This document shows, in pieces, positions 29,000 to 40,516 of a stretch of DNA of 64,000 nucleotides. This stretch comes from Bacteroidota bacterium (GTDB taxonomy: Bacteria > Bacteroidota > Ignavibacteria > Kapaibacteriales > HRBIN21): assembly GCA_030550275.1 (NCBI GenBank), contig JAUQPR010000005.1, positions 19,899-83,898 on the forward strand. Reading direction: 5' to 3'. Position 1 is the stretch's first letter. Each line of letters begins with the position of its first letter. A program made the position numbers and the translations under genes. The notes under the pieces are model-generated. The model ran no database searches, was not told where the DNA came from, and saw nothing but the letters and a program-made list of their open reading frames with translations.

Positions 29000-30043
29000 A
29001 TGTGGCGCAAAATCGACATCCACGCCCATATTGTGCCCAAAGATTGGCCTGACCTGCACGCCCGCTACGGCTACGGCGACTTCCTCCGTATCGAACACTA
29101 CGCCCCCGGGCGTGCCCGCATGGTGCGCCGTGACGGCACGGTCTTCCGCGAGCTCTCGGAGAATGCCTGGAATCCCGAACGCATCCTGGAGGACATGGAG
29201 CGCCACGGCGTTGATGCTATGGTGCTCTCGCCCGTTCCGGTGCTCTTCTACTACTGGGCTCGGGCACGCGACGGCTGGGAGTGGTCGCGCTTCCTCAATG
29301 ACCATCTCGCCGAGGTCGTTGCGCGCTTTCCGGGGCGCTTCCTGGCGCTGGGGACGGTGCCACTACAGGACCCCGAACTGGCATGCCAGGAGCTGGAGCG
29401 CTGCATCCGCGAGCTGGGCTTCCCCGGGGTCGAGATCGGCACCAACGTCGCCGGGCTCGAACTCGACGATCCCCGCTTTGCGCCCTTCTTCGCAACTGCG
29501 GAAGCGCTCGGCGCGGCAATCTTCGTGCATCCCTGGAATATGCTCGGGCGCGAACGGCTACAGCGCTACTTCCTGGAATGGCTCGTGGGCATGCCGGCGG
29601 AGACGACCCTGGCCATCTGCACCTTCATCTTCGGTGGGCTTTTCGACCGCTTCCCGCGGCTGCGTGTGCTCTTTGCTCACGGTGGCGGCTCCTTTGCCTT
29701 CACCCTGGGCAGGATCTCGCGCGGCTACACTGCACGCCCGGACCTGTGCAACGTCAACAACGTTGCCGACCCTCGGCGCTACATCGGGCGCTTCTGGGTG
29801 GATGCGATCACGCACGACCCAGACGCCCTGCGCTACCTGCTGCAGGTCTTCGGTCCTGAGCGCGTCATCTACGGCACGGACTACCCATTCCCCTTGGGCG
29901 ACCTCGAGCACGGGCGCATGCTGGAGAGCTTAGAGCTTGCGCCGGAGACCAGAGAACTCATCCTCGCCCACAACGCCATGGAGTTCCTGGGTCTGACGGC
30001 TGACCTCCGCACCACCGATGCCCTCCACCGCACGGCTTCCTGA
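29000..30043 (+). CDS. Amidohydrolase, ACMSD-like (aminocarboxymuconate-semialdehyde decarboxylase)
   Basis: IDIHAH, FVHPW, WLVGMPAETT, AHGGGSF, GTDYPFPLG; adjacent to kynU. Confidence 0.88.
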   Translation: MWRKIDIHAHIVPKDWPDLHARYGYGDFLRIEHYAPGRARMVRRDGTVFRELSENAWNPERILEDMERHGVDAMVLSPVPVLFYYWARARDGWEWSRFLNDHLAEVVARFPGRFLALGTVPLQDPELACQELERCIRELGFPGVEIGTNVAGLELDDPRFAPFFATAEALGAAIFVHPWNMLGRERLQRYFLEWLVGMPAETTLAICTFIFGGLFDRFPRLRVLFAHGGGSFAFTLGRISRGYTARPDLCNVNNVADPRRYIGRFWVDAITHDPDALRYLLQVFGPERVIYGTDYPFPLGDLEHGRMLESLELAPETRELILAHNAMEFLGLTADLRTTDALHRTAS

Positions 30044-31319
30044 GGAGCTGACCGAAGAATACGCCCGGACACTGGACCAGGCGGATGAACTGGCGCCCTT
30101 CCGCGAGCGCTTTGCCATTCCGCAGCGCAACGGCACTCCAGTGGTCTACCTCTGCGGGCACTCGCTGGGCTTGATGCCCAAGGATGCTCCGGCTGCGATT
30201 GCGCAAGAGCTGGATGCTTGGGCACGGCTGGGCGTCGAAGGGCACTTCCATGCCCCTCGACCATGGTTCTCCTACCACCGCGAGGTGAGCGCGGCGCTGG
30301 CAGAACTGCTCGGCGCCCTGCCGCACGAGGTCGTGGCGATGAACTCGCTCACGGTCAATCTGCACCTGCTGCTGGCAAGCTTCTACCAACCGCGCGGGCA
30401 GCGCCGCAAAATCCTCCTGGAGCACTTTCCCTTCCCTTCAGACCTCTACGTGGCACAGACCCATGTGCGCTGGCACGGGCTCGATCCGCAGGACGTGCTG
30501 GAGCTGCTCGCGCCGCGCCCCGGCGAAGCCACCCTCCGCACCGAGGATACCTGCCGGCGCATCGAAGAGCTGGGCGAGGAGCTGGCGCTGGTCTTCATGA
30601 GCGGCGTCCACTACTACACGGGGCAGCGCTTCGATGTGGAGGCAATTACTGCTGCAGCGCATCGCGCTGGGGCTTTGGCGGGCTTTGACCTGGCACATGC
30701 AATCGGGAACGTAGAGCTCCGGCTCCACGACTGGGAGGTGGACTTCGCTGCGTGGTGCTCGTACAAGTACCTGAACTCGGGTCCGGGCGGCGTCGGCGGC
30801 ATCTTCGTGCATGAGCGGCACGGGCTCGATCCCGGGCGCTTCCGCCTGGGCGGATGGTGGGGTACACCGGAATCCGTGCGCTTCCAGCTCCTGGAGGAGT
30901 TCTCCCCAGCACCGGGCGCGGAGGGCTGGCAGCTCAGCAACGCACCAATTCTGCCGCTGGCGGTCCATCGTGTTGCGCTGCGCCTCTTCCAGGAAGCCGG
31001 ACCCGAACGGCTCTACCGGAAACGGGAGCGCCTGACCGCCTACGCCCAGCGGTGGATCGACTACGTCCGCTCACGCCTGCCAGCAGCTCCGCTGCGTGTG
31101 ATTACGCCACCTCCACCGGAGCGCGGCGCACAGCTCTCGCTCCTGGTCGAACGCGACGGAGGCAAGCTCTACAGCGCACTGCAGGAGGCAAACATCGTGG
31201 TGGATTGGCGCGAACCGAATGTGATTCGACTTGCGCCGGTGCCGCTCTACAACTCCTTTGCCGACCTCTACCGCTTCGGACAGGCGCTGCTCCAGGCAGC
31301 CCACGTGCTCTGGGGATAG
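30018..31319 (+). CDS. kynU: Kynureninase
   Basis: YLCGHSLGLMP, MNSLTVNLH, FPSD, DLAHAIGN, WCSYKYLNSGPG. Confidence 0.95.
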   Translation: MPSTARLPEELTEEYARTLDQADELAPFRERFAIPQRNGTPVVYLCGHSLGLMPKDAPAAIAQELDAWARLGVEGHFHAPRPWFSYHREVSAALAELLGALPHEVVAMNSLTVNLHLLLASFYQPRGQRRKILLEHFPFPSDLYVAQTHVRWHGLDPQDVLELLAPRPGEATLRTEDTCRRIEELGEELALVFMSGVHYYTGQRFDVEAITAAAHRAGALAGFDLAHAIGNVELRLHDWEVDFAAWCSYKYLNSGPGGVGGIFVHERHGLDPGRFRLGGWWGTPESVRFQLLEEFSPAPGAEGWQLSNAPILPLAVHRVALRLFQEAGPERLYRKRERLTAYAQRWIDYVRSRLPAAPLRVITPPPPERGAQLSLLVERDGGKLYSALQEANIVVDWREPNVIRLAPVPLYNSFADLYRFGQALLQAAHVLWG

Positions 31320-31321
31320 CC

Positions 31322-32110
31322 TCACTCCGCCCACGGCAAACGGTACCGCTCCAGAAAGCGCTGCACAATCGGCTCGGGCGAGGAGAGCAGCTCCTGCGGT
31401 GAACCATCGAAGACGATTCGCCCCTCCTCCAGCAGCGCCACCCGCTGCGCTACGCGGAAGACGGAGACCAGATCGTGCGTAATCACCACCGAGGTCACGC
31501 GCAGCCGCTGCGCAAGCTCGGCGATGAGCTGGTCAATCTGCTCCGAGGTCACCGGGTCTATGCCGCTGGTGGGCTCGTCGTAGAAGAGGTATTCCGGTGC
31601 GCCGACGAGCGCCCGGGCGATGCCGACCCGTTTGCGCATCCCTCCGGAGAGCGCCGAGGGGTACTTCGAGCACAACTGCTCATACTCGCGGCGGAAGAGC
31701 TCCGTGTGCTGCTCCTCCAGCGGAGGCAGCAGCCCAACAGCGCTCAAGGCGCGGCGTGCTTCGGCGTGGAGCAGCTCGCGGTCGCGCACGTCGTGCTCGT
31801 AGAGCGGGAGGACGACGTTTTCGAAGACGGTCAGCGAATCAAACAGCGCCGCCCCTTGGAAGACGTACCCGAAGCGGCGCCGGAGCGCAAACCACTGCGC
31901 TCGCGTGAAGTGCGTTACCTCCTGCCCGTCGATGAGGATGCTGCCCGAATCCGGACGCAACAGCCCCACGATATGCTTGAGCAGCACAGTCTTGCCCGAG
32001 CCCGAACGCCCGATGATGTAGGTCGTCTGCCCCTGGGGAATCTGCAGTGAGACCTCGCGCAGCACCACATGGCTGCCGAAGCGCTTGCTCAGGGCGCGGA
32101 CCTCGATCAT
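31322..32110 (-). CDS. ABC ATP-binding protein (MlaF/Ttg2A-like)
   Basis: [42 protein letters not shown]. Confidence 0.9.
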   Translation of the reverse strand: MIEVRALSKRFGSHVVLREVSLQIPQGQTTYIIGRSGSGKTVLLKHIVGLLRPDSGSILIDGQEVTHFTRAQWFALRRRFGYVFQGAALFDSLTVFENVVLPLYEHDVRDRELLHAEARRALSAVGLLPPLEEQHTELFRREYEQLCSKYPSALSGGMRKRVGIARALVGAPEYLFYDEPTSGIDPVTSEQIDQLIAELAQRLRVTSVVITHDLVSVFRVAQRVALLEEGRIVFDGSPQELLSSPEPIVQRFLERYRLPWAE

Positions 32111-33897
32111 GAGCCTGCGGCAACGCGAAGCCGTTGGAGTTGCTCCAGCCTGGCTGCCGGGATTGCCGCAATGAGCGTTCGCGTGTACTCGTGGCGCGGG
32201 TTGGCGTACAGCTCATCGGCATCGCCCAGCTCTACAATGCGCCCCTGCTGCATGACGGCGATGCGGTCGCTGATGAACTTGACCACGCTCCAATCGTGCG
32301 TGATGAACAGGTAGGTCAACCCGAACTCCTGGCGCAGCTCCACCAGCAGGTTGAGCACCTGGGCTTGGACGGAGACATCCAGCGCAGAGACCGGCTCATC
32401 GCAGACGATGAAGCGCGGCTGCACCGCGAGCGCGCGGGCAATCCCAATGCGCTGGCGCTGCCCACCGGAGAACTCATGCGGGTAGTGCCAGAAGTGGCGC
32501 CGCTCCAACCCCACACGGTCCAGCAGCCAGAAGACATACTCCCGACGCTGCCGCTCATTGTCGAAGATGCCGTGCACGCGCAGCACCTCCATGAGTGCGC
32601 TGCCGACGGAGAGGCGCGGATTGAGCGACGCGTAGGGGTCCTGGAAGATGATCTGCATCTGGCGCCGCAACGCCTTGAGCTGCGCCCCAGAGAGCGCCCG
32701 CACATCCTGCCCATCGAAGAGCACGCGCCCGCCGGTGGGCTCAATCAAGCGCAGAATTGCTCGCCCGGTTGTGGTCTTCCCCGAACCGGATTCCCCCACC
32801 AGCCCCAGCGTCTCCCCTTGCCGGATCTCAAAGGAGACGCCGTCAACCGCACGGACGTAGCCGCGAATTCGCCCCAACACACCACGCCGAATGGGGAAGT
32901 GCACCTGCAGGTCCTCCACCTGGAGCAGCACTGGGCTCTGGCGCAACTGCTCGCGCCGTTGCTGCTGCTCCTGCGGCGTCACGGTCAACTGCTCAATGTA
33001 CTCGTGCACGCTCACGCGCAGCCGCTCTCGGATAGTGCCATCGGGCAGCTCCTCCATGAAATCACGCACCGTCGGCAGCCGACGCAGCCGGCGGTCCAAC
33101 CGCGGACGGCACGCCAAAAGCCCCTTGGTGTACGGATGCTGGGGCTGTGCAAAGAGCTGCTCTACCGGACCGTACTCGACAATGCGCCCGCGGTACATGA
33201 CGGCGACCTCGTCGGCAATCTCTGCAATCACGCCCAAGTCGTGCGTGATGAAGATGAGCGCCATCTGATGCGCCCGCTGCAACTGGCGCATGAGCTGGAG
33301 GATGGTCGCCTGCACCGTGACATCGAGCGCGGTGGTGGGCTCATCGGCGATGAGGATGTCCGGATTGCAGCTCATCGCCATGGCAATCATGACGCGCTGC
33401 TTCTGCCCGCCGGAGAGCTGGTGCGGATACCGGTCGAGCATGCCCTCCGGATCGGGAAGCCCAACCTCGCGGAACAGCTCGATGGTGCGCTCCCGGGCTT
33501 GCTCGCGCGTCATCCTCCGATGCAGCATCAGCGCCTCCATGACCTGATCCCCGCAGCGGAAGACGGGGTTGAGCGAGGTCATCGGCTCCTGGAAGATCAT
33601 CGCGATGCGGTTGCCGCGGTAGTGGCGCATCTCGCGCTCCGGCAGCGCAAGCAGATTCACCACCGTGCCGTCGCTATGGTGAAAGAGGATCTCGCCCTGC
33701 ACAATCCGCCCCGGCGGGGAGGGCACCAGCCGCATGATGGAGAGCGCCGTAACGGACTTCCCCGAGCCGGACTCGCCCACAATGCCCAGCACACGCCCCC
33801 GCTGCAGTCGAAAGCTCACCCCGTCCACGGCGCGGACGTGATACTGCTCGGTGCGAAACTCCGTGACCAGCTCCCGAACTTCCAACACCAGCGACAT
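32107..33897 (-). CDS. Fused double-domain oligopeptide ABC ATPase
   Basis: Two GESGSGK Walker A motifs, YPHQLSGGQ and YPHEFSGGQ; TAACTTTG (minus strand) at 33920-33927. Confidence 0.93.
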   Translation of the reverse strand: MSLVLEVRELVTEFRTEQYHVRAVDGVSFRLQRGRVLGIVGESGSGKSVTALSIMRLVPSPPGRIVQGEILFHHSDGTVVNLLALPEREMRHYRGNRIAMIFQEPMTSLNPVFRCGDQVMEALMLHRRMTREQARERTIELFREVGLPDPEGMLDRYPHQLSGGQKQRVMIAMAMSCNPDILIADEPTTALDVTVQATILQLMRQLQRAHQMALIFITHDLGVIAEIADEVAVMYRGRIVEYGPVEQLFAQPQHPYTKGLLACRPRLDRRLRRLPTVRDFMEELPDGTIRERLRVSVHEYIEQLTVTPQEQQQRREQLRQSPVLLQVEDLQVHFPIRRGVLGRIRGYVRAVDGVSFEIRQGETLGLVGESGSGKTTTGRAILRLIEPTGGRVLFDGQDVRALSGAQLKALRRQMQIIFQDPYASLNPRLSVGSALMEVLRVHGIFDNERQRREYVFWLLDRVGLERRHFWHYPHEFSGGQRQRIGIARALAVQPRFIVCDEPVSALDVSVQAQVLNLLVELRQEFGLTYLFITHDWSVVKFISDRIAVMQQGRIVELGDADELYANPRHEYTRTLIAAIPAARLEQLQRLRVAAGS

Positions 33898-33943
33898 CAG
33901 CGCTCCTTGCTGCCGAGTGCAAAGTTATGGAGCCTGCATGCTG

Positions 33944-34480
33944 CTACTTGACCGCTGCACAGGACGCAAGCGGAAGGTAGCGCGATGTGGGGAATTGCCG
34001 ACGGAGCTGCTCGAACACCTGCGCTGCAGCAGCGCTGCGCCCCTGGGCGCAGAGGACATGCCCGTAGCGGAGCAGCGCACGCTCGCGGAGCGCGGGAGCG
34101 ATTGGCTGCTCCAGCAGGCGCTCATAGCCTTGTTGGGCGTCGCGGAGCTCCCCTTGTGCGGCAGCCAGTTCAGCGTGCAGAAACTGCGCCTCCGCTCGGA
34201 TGGAATCGCTTACCCCCGCCACCCGCTGCAGCCGCCCAAGGTACTCCCGTGCACGGGGATAGTTTGCCGCTTGCAGCGCTCGGGAGGCCAGTTCGAGCAG
34301 CTCGGCAGCGGATTCAGCTCCCTGCCGACTTCGCTCCACCACCGTATCGGCAAAGCGCATCGGGGAACGGGCTTCCGGCTCCCGTGCCCGCTCCACAAAC
34401 AGCCCTGGGCGTACCGGTGCAATGTGTACGGTTGCACATCCGCACAGCAGCAGCCACGCCACTGTGCTCCAGCCCTTCAT
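33944..34480 (-). CDS. TPR-like lipoprotein
   Basis: Lipobox LCGC, helical repeats, C-terminal FPTSRY. Confidence 0.7.
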   Translation of the reverse strand: MKGWSTVAWLLLCGCATVHIAPVRPGLFVERAREPEARSPMRFADTVVERSRQGAESAAELLELASRALQAANYPRAREYLGRLQRVAGVSDSIRAEAQFLHAELAAAQGELRDAQQGYERLLEQPIAPALRERALLRYGHVLCAQGRSAAAAQVFEQLRRQFPTSRYLPLASCAAVK

Positions 34481-35016
34481 CGGAAGTAGTACATCAGCCC
34501 GAACTGCGGCATTGGGAGAATCTGGACGTCATCCCCGTTGGTGTACGCGGTGACTGCCAGCTCCGCACCCAGCGCCAGCATCTCCACCGGGAAGGTCTCA
34601 AAGCCCAGCCCCAGCCCAAAGCGCACAGGCCAGATCGGCTCGGGCTTCTCATCCGTCGTGTGCGAATAGTACCCCAAGCCCGCCAGGAGATAGGTGCGGT
34701 AGGAGGGCGAAATCCCCAAGCGGTACTGCAGCTCGCCTCCCAGGCACCAGAAGCTCATCTTCTGCAGCTTGAGGATGCCGAAGTTGAGTTCCCCACCCCA
34801 CCGCTCCGGTGTTGAAAGGCGGAAGCTTAGCCCAATGCCGCTGAGCCACCCCAACTGCGCACCGGCGCCGTAGTAGACCGCCTGCTGGAAGGGATGGCTC
34901 CACACGCGCGGAGCAGCTGGCTGCTCCTGCGGTGTCTCCAAGCGTTCGCGCGGAATCTGCGCCCACAGGCTCACAGCACACGCTGCGATTGCCGTGAGGA
35001 GCTTGAGTGTCCGCAT
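34477..35016 (-). CDS. Small outer-membrane beta-barrel-like protein
   Basis: Signal peptide, alternating Gly/aromatic strands, C-terminal YYFR. Confidence 0.7.
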   Translation of the reverse strand: MRTLKLLTAIAACAVSLWAQIPRERLETPQEQPAAPRVWSHPFQQAVYYGAGAQLGWLSGIGLSFRLSTPERWGGELNFGILKLQKMSFWCLGGELQYRLGISPSYRTYLLAGLGYYSHTTDEKPEPIWPVRFGLGLGFETFPVEMLALGAELAVTAYTNGDDVQILPMPQFGLMYYFR

Positions 35017-35027
35017 GGGTTTCCTCG

Positions 35028-35873
35028 CTATTGGTTCGACTGAGCCCCCTCTGCCGCGTGCGGCTTCCACCACGTGATATCCACGATGTTCTCGCCGCCA
35101 TCGGCACCGATGATAGCACCGTTGATCCAATCGGCTTCTGGGCGCACCAACAGGGAGATGATGCGCGCGACGTCCTCCGGCGTCGTCAGCCGATGGTATG
35201 GATTGCGGGCGATGGCATTTTCGATGAGGATGTCGTTGCCCGGGATGCGGCGCAGGGCGGGGGTATCGGTCACCCCAGCCCGGATAGCGTTGGCAGTGAT
35301 GCCATAGGGTGCAAGCTCCAGCGCAAGCTGCCGAACGTAGGACTCCAGTGCAGCCTTTGCCGCCGAAACCGCCCCGTACATTGGGATGACGCGCTCGCTG
35401 CCCGCGCTGGTCATCGCCAGAATTCGACCGCCGCGCCCCATCAGCCGCTCCCGCACAAGGTCCTGCGTCCAGTACACCAGGCTGTTTGCCATCACGTCCA
35501 GGGTCATCTCCAGCCGCTTCTGCGTGACCACCTCCTGCGGCGGCTCAGCAACGAAGGGGAGCAACGTTCCAAAGGCGAGCGAGTGCAGCAGCACCCGGAC
35601 TGTGGAGCCGGGATACTCGGCGAACTCCTCTTTGAGCGCCGCAATGACCTCCTGACGGCATTGCGGATCGGCAGCGTTGCGGTTGAAGAAGAGCACCCGC
35701 ACATTGTACGACCTGAGCTGCTGCTTGAGCTCCTCCACCTGCGGCAGCGTCGCTGCTCGGTCCAGATGCACCCCCACGATGTGGTAGCCCTGCTGCGCTA
35801 ACTGCAGCGCCGTTGCCTTCCCAAAGCCGCTGGAGGCACCCAAGATCACCGCGTAGAGCCGTTGCCCATCCAT
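35028..35873 (-). CDS. SDR oxidoreductase, enoyl-ACP reductase (FabL/FabI-like)
   Basis: GASSGFG, Yx6K (YGAVSAAK), AGVTDTPAL; TAACTTTG (minus strand) at 35911-35918. Confidence 0.85.
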   Translation of the reverse strand: MDGQRLYAVILGASSGFGKATALQLAQQGYHIVGVHLDRAATLPQVEELKQQLRSYNVRVLFFNRNAADPQCRQEVIAALKEEFAEYPGSTVRVLLHSLAFGTLLPFVAEPPQEVVTQKRLEMTLDVMANSLVYWTQDLVRERLMGRGGRILAMTSAGSERVIPMYGAVSAAKAALESYVRQLALELAPYGITANAIRAGVTDTPALRRIPGNDILIENAIARNPYHRLTTPEDVARIISLLVRPEADWINGAIIGADGGENIVDITWWKPHAAEGAQSNQ

Positions 35874-36001
35874 ACAGCACCCTCGGCAGACGCAACAACT
35901 CGAAGCGGTGCAAAGTTATGAAGTGCTCAAGCAACGCCCGCCGGAGGGCACAGTTCGTGTGCTAATTTTGTGCCTTTGGTCCATCCGAGCCATGCCCGGC
36001 A

Positions 36002-38797
36002 ATGGCACAGCGTGCGATTGTGTTGCGTGGGGTCCGCACCCACAACCTGAAGAACATCTCGCTGGAGCTGCCACACAAGCGGCTCATCGTGCTCACCGGT
36101 CCGAGTGGCTCCGGGAAGTCCTCCCTGGCGCTGGATACGCTCTACGCCGAAGGGCAACGGCGCTTTGTGGAATCGCTTTCGGCCTATGCCCGCCAATTCC
36201 TCGAGCGTATGCCCAAGCCCGATGTGGACAGCATCAGCGGGCTTCCACCGGCAATTGCTCTGGAGCAGCGCCCTCCCAAGCGCAATCCCCGCTCCACAGT
36301 GGCGACGCTGACGGAGCTGTACGACTACTTCCGCCTGCTCTACGGTCGCATTGGCAAGACGTACTGCCGGCAGTGTAATCAGCTGGTCCGGCGCTCCTCA
36401 CCGGAGCGGTTTGCCCAGGAGCTGTGGGAGCTGCCTGAAGGGGAGCGCCTGCTCATTGGCTTCCCGATGCCGGAGACGCCTCCGTCGTGGCAGGAGCGGC
36501 TCTCGACACTGCAGGCGCAGGGCTTCTTCCGCTTGCTCCATCGCCCCACGGGTACGCTTGTGCAGCTCCCCGAGGAGTCCCCAGCACCGACTCCCGCCGA
36601 GGAGTGGATGGTGCTCGTGGACCGAATGGTGCTGCACCACGATGAGGAGACCCGCTCCCGGCTGGTGGATTCGCTCGAACAAGCCTTCCGTGCAGGCTCC
36701 GGGCGCGTGCTTGTGCGCCGAGCCACCGGCGAGGAGCTGCGTGCCAGCAGCCGCTACGAATGCCCCGATTGCCTCATCGAGTACGTGGAGCCGGAACCGC
36801 GCCTGTTCTCCTTCAACAGCCCCTTGGGAGCATGTCCAGTGTGCCAGGGCTTCGGGCGCACCATCGGCATCGACCCCGACCTGGTCATCCCCGACAAGCG
36901 GCGCTCCCTGCGCGATGGGGCAATCCATCCCTTTCGGACCCCGCAGGGCGCGCGCCTGTTGAAGCAACTGCTGGAGATTGCCCCGCGCTACGGCATCCCC
37001 ACCGACGTTCCCGTAGCGCAGCTCTCTCAGGAGCACTGGCGCATCATCTGGGAGGGCGCCGATGGCTACATCGGGCTGCGCCGCTTCTTTGCGATGCTGG
37101 AGGAGAATAGCCACAAGGTGCAGGCGCGCGTCTTCCTGAGCCGCTACCGCGCCTACACGCAATGCCCTGCCTGCCAAGGCTCGCGGGTGCGCACCTCCGC
37201 CCGCCGTGTTGCCGTCGGCGGTCTCTTCTTCGATGCACTCCTGCGGATGAGCCTTGCCGAAGCGCTGGAGTGGTTTGAACAGCTCCAGCTTCCGCCGCAC
37301 GAATACGAGATCGTTGCCACAGTGCTGGAGGAGATCCGGCGCCGCCTACGGCTGCTGGTGGATATCGGGCTGGGCTACCTTACGCTGGACCGGCTCTCGC
37401 ACACGCTCTCCGGCGGCGAAGCCCAGCGCATCCAGCTTGCAACGGCGCTGAGCTCGGCACTGGTCGGGACGCTCTACGTGCTGGATGAGCCCAGCATCGG
37501 GCTCCATGCGCGCGATACCGAACGGCTGCTGACCATCCTGCGCCGACTGCGCGATTTGGGCAATACGATCGTGGTGGTCGAGCATGACCCCGACCTCATC
37601 CGCGCTGCCGATTGGGTGGTGGAGCTGGGACCAGGCTCGGGCGAGCACGGTGGATACGTTGTCTTCGCCGGCACGGTCGAGCAGCTCCTGCGCTCGAACA
37701 CGTTGACCGGGGAGTACCTCTCCGGCAGGCGCCGGATTGAGCTCCCCAAGCGTGCCCGCCGCAGCACGGCTCGGCTGCGCATCCGCAAGCCCACCGCGCA
37801 CAACCTCAAGGGTGAGGATGTGGAGTTCCCGCTCGGCTGCATGACCGTCATCACCGGTGTATCGGGCTCGGGCAAGAGCACACTGCTCTACGACGTGCTC
37901 TACGGCAATCTGCGCCGGCTCAAAGGGCTGCCGGTGGAATCCGTCGGCGCCGTCGCCGGCATCGAGGGAGCCGATGCCATCGATTCCGTCGTGCTCATCG
38001 ACCAATCTCCGCCGGGGCGCTCGCTGCGCTCGACTCCGGCAACCTATACCAAGGCGTTCGACCCCATCCGCGAACTCTTCGCCAGCACTGAATACGCCCA
38101 GCGCAAGGGCTGGACGCCGGCGTACTTCTCCTTCAACCTCCCCGGCGGACGGTGCGAGGTCTGCCAGGGCGAGGGCACCATCTGGGTGGAGATGCAGTTC
38201 CTCTCCGATCTGCCGCTGGAGTGCGAGGCTTGCCGCGGCACGCGCTACAAAGCCGAAGTCCTGCAGGCACGCTACCGCGGCAAGAGCATCGTGGATGTGC
38301 TCGCCATGACGGTGGACCAGGCGATGGAGTTCTTCGCCGATTCGCCCAAGGTCCTCGAGCGGCTGCGCCCACTGCAGCAGGTGGGGCTGGGCTACCTCCG
38401 GTTGGGGCACCCCACAACGATGCTCTCCGGCGGCGAGGCACAGCGGCTCAAGCTGGCAGCCTACCTGCACGAGCCCTCCGCCGGGCATACGCTCTTCCTG
38501 CTGGACGAACCCACCACGGGTCTGCATCTGCACGACGTTGCCAAACTGCTGGAAGCCCTCCGTCAGTTGCTGGAGCAAGGGCACACCGTTGTGCTCATCG
38601 AGCACCATCTCCACGTCATCGCCGCAGCGGATTGGATCGTGGACCTGGGTCCGGAGGGTGGAGATGCCGGCGGGCACATCGTGGTCATGGGAACGCCGGA
38701 GCAGGTCGCGCGCCACCCGACCTCCTACACCGGGCAAGCGCTGCGCCGCTTCTTTGCCGAATCCGCCAAGCACACCGATGCCGAACTGGCTGCCTAA
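36002..38797 (+). CDS. uvrA: Excinuclease ABC subunit A
   Basis: [26 protein letters not shown], two LSGGEAQR motifs, zinc-finger CxxC pairs; TAATTTTG at 35963. Confidence 0.95.
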   Translation: MAQRAIVLRGVRTHNLKNISLELPHKRLIVLTGPSGSGKSSLALDTLYAEGQRRFVESLSAYARQFLERMPKPDVDSISGLPPAIALEQRPPKRNPRSTVATLTELYDYFRLLYGRIGKTYCRQCNQLVRRSSPERFAQELWELPEGERLLIGFPMPETPPSWQERLSTLQAQGFFRLLHRPTGTLVQLPEESPAPTPAEEWMVLVDRMVLHHDEETRSRLVDSLEQAFRAGSGRVLVRRATGEELRASSRYECPDCLIEYVEPEPRLFSFNSPLGACPVCQGFGRTIGIDPDLVIPDKRRSLRDGAIHPFRTPQGARLLKQLLEIAPRYGIPTDVPVAQLSQEHWRIIWEGADGYIGLRRFFAMLEENSHKVQARVFLSRYRAYTQCPACQGSRVRTSARRVAVGGLFFDALLRMSLAEALEWFEQLQLPPHEYEIVATVLEEIRRRLRLLVDIGLGYLTLDRLSHTLSGGEAQRIQLATALSSALVGTLYVLDEPSIGLHARDTERLLTILRRLRDLGNTIVVVEHDPDLIRAADWVVELGPGSGEHGGYVVFAGTVEQLLRSNTLTGEYLSGRRRIELPKRARRSTARLRIRKPTAHNLKGEDVEFPLGCMTVITGVSGSGKSTLLYDVLYGNLRRLKGLPVESVGAVAGIEGADAIDSVVLIDQSPPGRSLRSTPATYTKAFDPIRELFASTEYAQRKGWTPAYFSFNLPGGRCEVCQGEGTIWVEMQFLSDLPLECEACRGTRYKAEVLQARYRGKSIVDVLAMTVDQAMEFFADSPKVLERLRPLQQVGLGYLRLGHPTTMLSGGEAQRLKLAAYLHEPSAGHTLFLLDEPTTGLHLHDVAKLLEALRQLLEQGHTVVLIEHHLHVIAAADWIVDLGPEGGDAGGHIVVMGTPEQVARHPTSYTGQALRRFFAESAKHTDAELAA

Positions 38798-39779
38798 GCT
38801 CGCACCGCGCCATCTCCTGCGCTGGGCGCTGAGCCTGGCACTCCTTGTGGCTTCCTTCTGGGTGGCGTTCCGGCTGACGGATTGGACCGAACTCTGGGCA
38901 ACGCTCCGTCGGGCAGACTACGGCTGGCTCCCTCTGTGCATTGCGCTGATGCTGCTCTCGCACCTGCTGCGGGCGTGGCGATGGCGCGAGCTCCTGCGCC
39001 CGGTTACTGACCGCCCTCCGCGGCTGTGGCATGCCTTCTCAGCACTCATGATCGGCTATGCGGTCAACATGCTGCTTCCGCGCGCTGGGGAGTTGGTGCG
39101 CCCCTATGTGCTCAGCCGGCGGGAACGGCTGCCGATGGCAACGGCGCTTTCGAGCGTCATCGTGGAGCGTACGCTCGATAGCCTCACGTTGCTCCTGCTG
39201 GTGGGCATTGGATTGCCGCTCTTCGCCGACGTTCTGCAGCAGACGCTGGAACGGTTGCAACTGGAGCCGGCAGCGGCGCTTCCGCTCCTGGTCGGGCTGC
39301 TCGCCGTACTCCTTGCCCTGATGAGCCTGCCCCGATGGGCACCCGGACTACTGGCTCGGCTGGGGCAGCATGCCCCCCGAGCTGCCGAACGCCTCCGCCG
39401 GCTTGCCCGCGAGCTCTACGCCGGCGCTGCCCCGCTGCGTTCACCACGGCTGCTCTGGCGCATAGGCGTGCAGACCGCCCTGCTGTGGGTGTGCTACCTG
39501 CTGCCGCTGTACGGGCTCTTCTGGGTCTTCCGACTGGAGCTGACCCTCTGGGATGCGGCGCTTGTCCTGCTGGTCTCCGCGGTCGCAATCGCTGTTGCCC
39601 CGACGCCCTCGGCTGCGGGCATCTACCACGTTGCCGTCCAGGTGGTGCTCATGGAGGCGTTTGCACTGCCGGCAGCGCAGGCGCTGGGCTACGCGCTGGT
39701 GGCACATGCGACAAATACGCTGGTGCAACTCGCGGTCGGAGCCCTGTGCTGGCTGTGGGAGCACGCCGTGCCGCCGTAA
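38778..39779 (+). CDS. Lysylphosphatidylglycerol synthase TM / flippase-like protein
   Basis: LRAWRW, N.LLPRAGELVR, VERTLD, PTPSAAGIYH. Confidence 0.88.
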   Translation: MPNWLPKLAPRHLLRWALSLALLVASFWVAFRLTDWTELWATLRRADYGWLPLCIALMLLSHLLRAWRWRELLRPVTDRPPRLWHAFSALMIGYAVNMLLPRAGELVRPYVLSRRERLPMATALSSVIVERTLDSLTLLLLVGIGLPLFADVLQQTLERLQLEPAAALPLLVGLLAVLLALMSLPRWAPGLLARLGQHAPRAAERLRRLARELYAGAAPLRSPRLLWRIGVQTALLWVCYLLPLYGLFWVFRLELTLWDAALVLLVSAVAIAVAPTPSAAGIYHVAVQVVLMEAFALPAAQALGYALVAHATNTLVQLAVGALCWLWEHAVPP

Positions 39780-39814
39780 TTCGTCTGCGTGCGCAGCAGA
39801 CGACCCCGTACACC

Positions 39815-40516
39815 ATGCAGCAGCCAACACTGGAAGCGGTCAAGCGGGTGGACCCGCTGCGCGAGCGCTTTCACGTGAGCGAGATCTTCTACTCCATCCA
39901 GGGCGAGGGCACGCGCGCAGGGATGCCGTGCGTCTTCGTCCGATTGCAGGGCTGCAAGCTCCGCTGCTCCTGGTGCGATACGCCCTATGCCCTGGACCAC
40001 CGGCGTGGCGGCACCTGGATGAGCGGGGAGGAGCTCCTCGAGCAGGTTCGCCGCTACGGCTGCCGCTTCGTGGAGTTCACCGGTGGCGAGCCACTGGAGC
40101 AGTGGGGAAGCTTCGAGCTCATGCGCCTCCTCTGCGATGAGGGCTACCTCGTTGCCGTCGAAACTGGCGGGCACGTGGATATCGAGCCTCTCGATCCGCG
40201 CATCATCTGCATCCTGGATGTCAAGTGCCCCGCATCGCGCATGACGCCGCTCAACCGCTACCGCAACCTGGAGCTCCTGCGCCCACACGACGAGGTCAAG
40301 TTCGTCATCGCAGACCGTACCGACTACGAATGGGCATGGGGGATAGCCAAGCAGTATAGGCTCCCCGAACGGGTCGCTGCTGTGCTCTTCTCCCCCGCCT
40401 TCGGACTGCTGGAGCCGAAGACGCTGGCGGAATGGATTCTGCAGGACCGGCTGCCCGTTCGGCTGCAGTTGCAGTTGCACAAGTACATCTGGGACCCATC
40501 GCAGCGTGGCGTATGA
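39815..40516 (+). CDS. queE: 7-carboxy-7-deazaguanine synthase (radical SAM)
   Basis: EIFYSIQGEG, CxxxCxxC (CKLRCSWCDT), TGGEPL, QLHKYIW. Confidence 0.9.
   Translation: MQQPTLEAVKRVDPLRERFHVSEIFYSIQGEGTRAGMPCVFVRLQGCKLRCSWCDTPYALDHRRGGTWMSGEELLEQVRRYGCRFVEFTGGEPLEQWGSFELMRLLCDEGYLVAVETGGHVDIEPLDPRIICILDVKCPASRMTPLNRYRNLELLRPHDEVKFVIADRTDYEWAWGIAKQYRLPERVAAVLFSPAFGLLEPKTLAEWILQDRLPVRLQLQLHKYIWDPSQRGV

Noticed and set aside
32134-33951. Long antisense ORFs (e.g. 605 aa here, 571 aa at 20714-22429, 475 aa at 37346-38773)
   Set aside because: Shadow ORFs opposite well-supported genes, expected in high-GC DNA, with no motifs.
39815-40516. queE as part of a 7-deazaguanine DNA-modification (Dpd) defence system
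   Set aside because: It sits among housekeeping genes with no dpd or tgt-like neighbours; ordinary queuosine synthesis is the simpler explanation.
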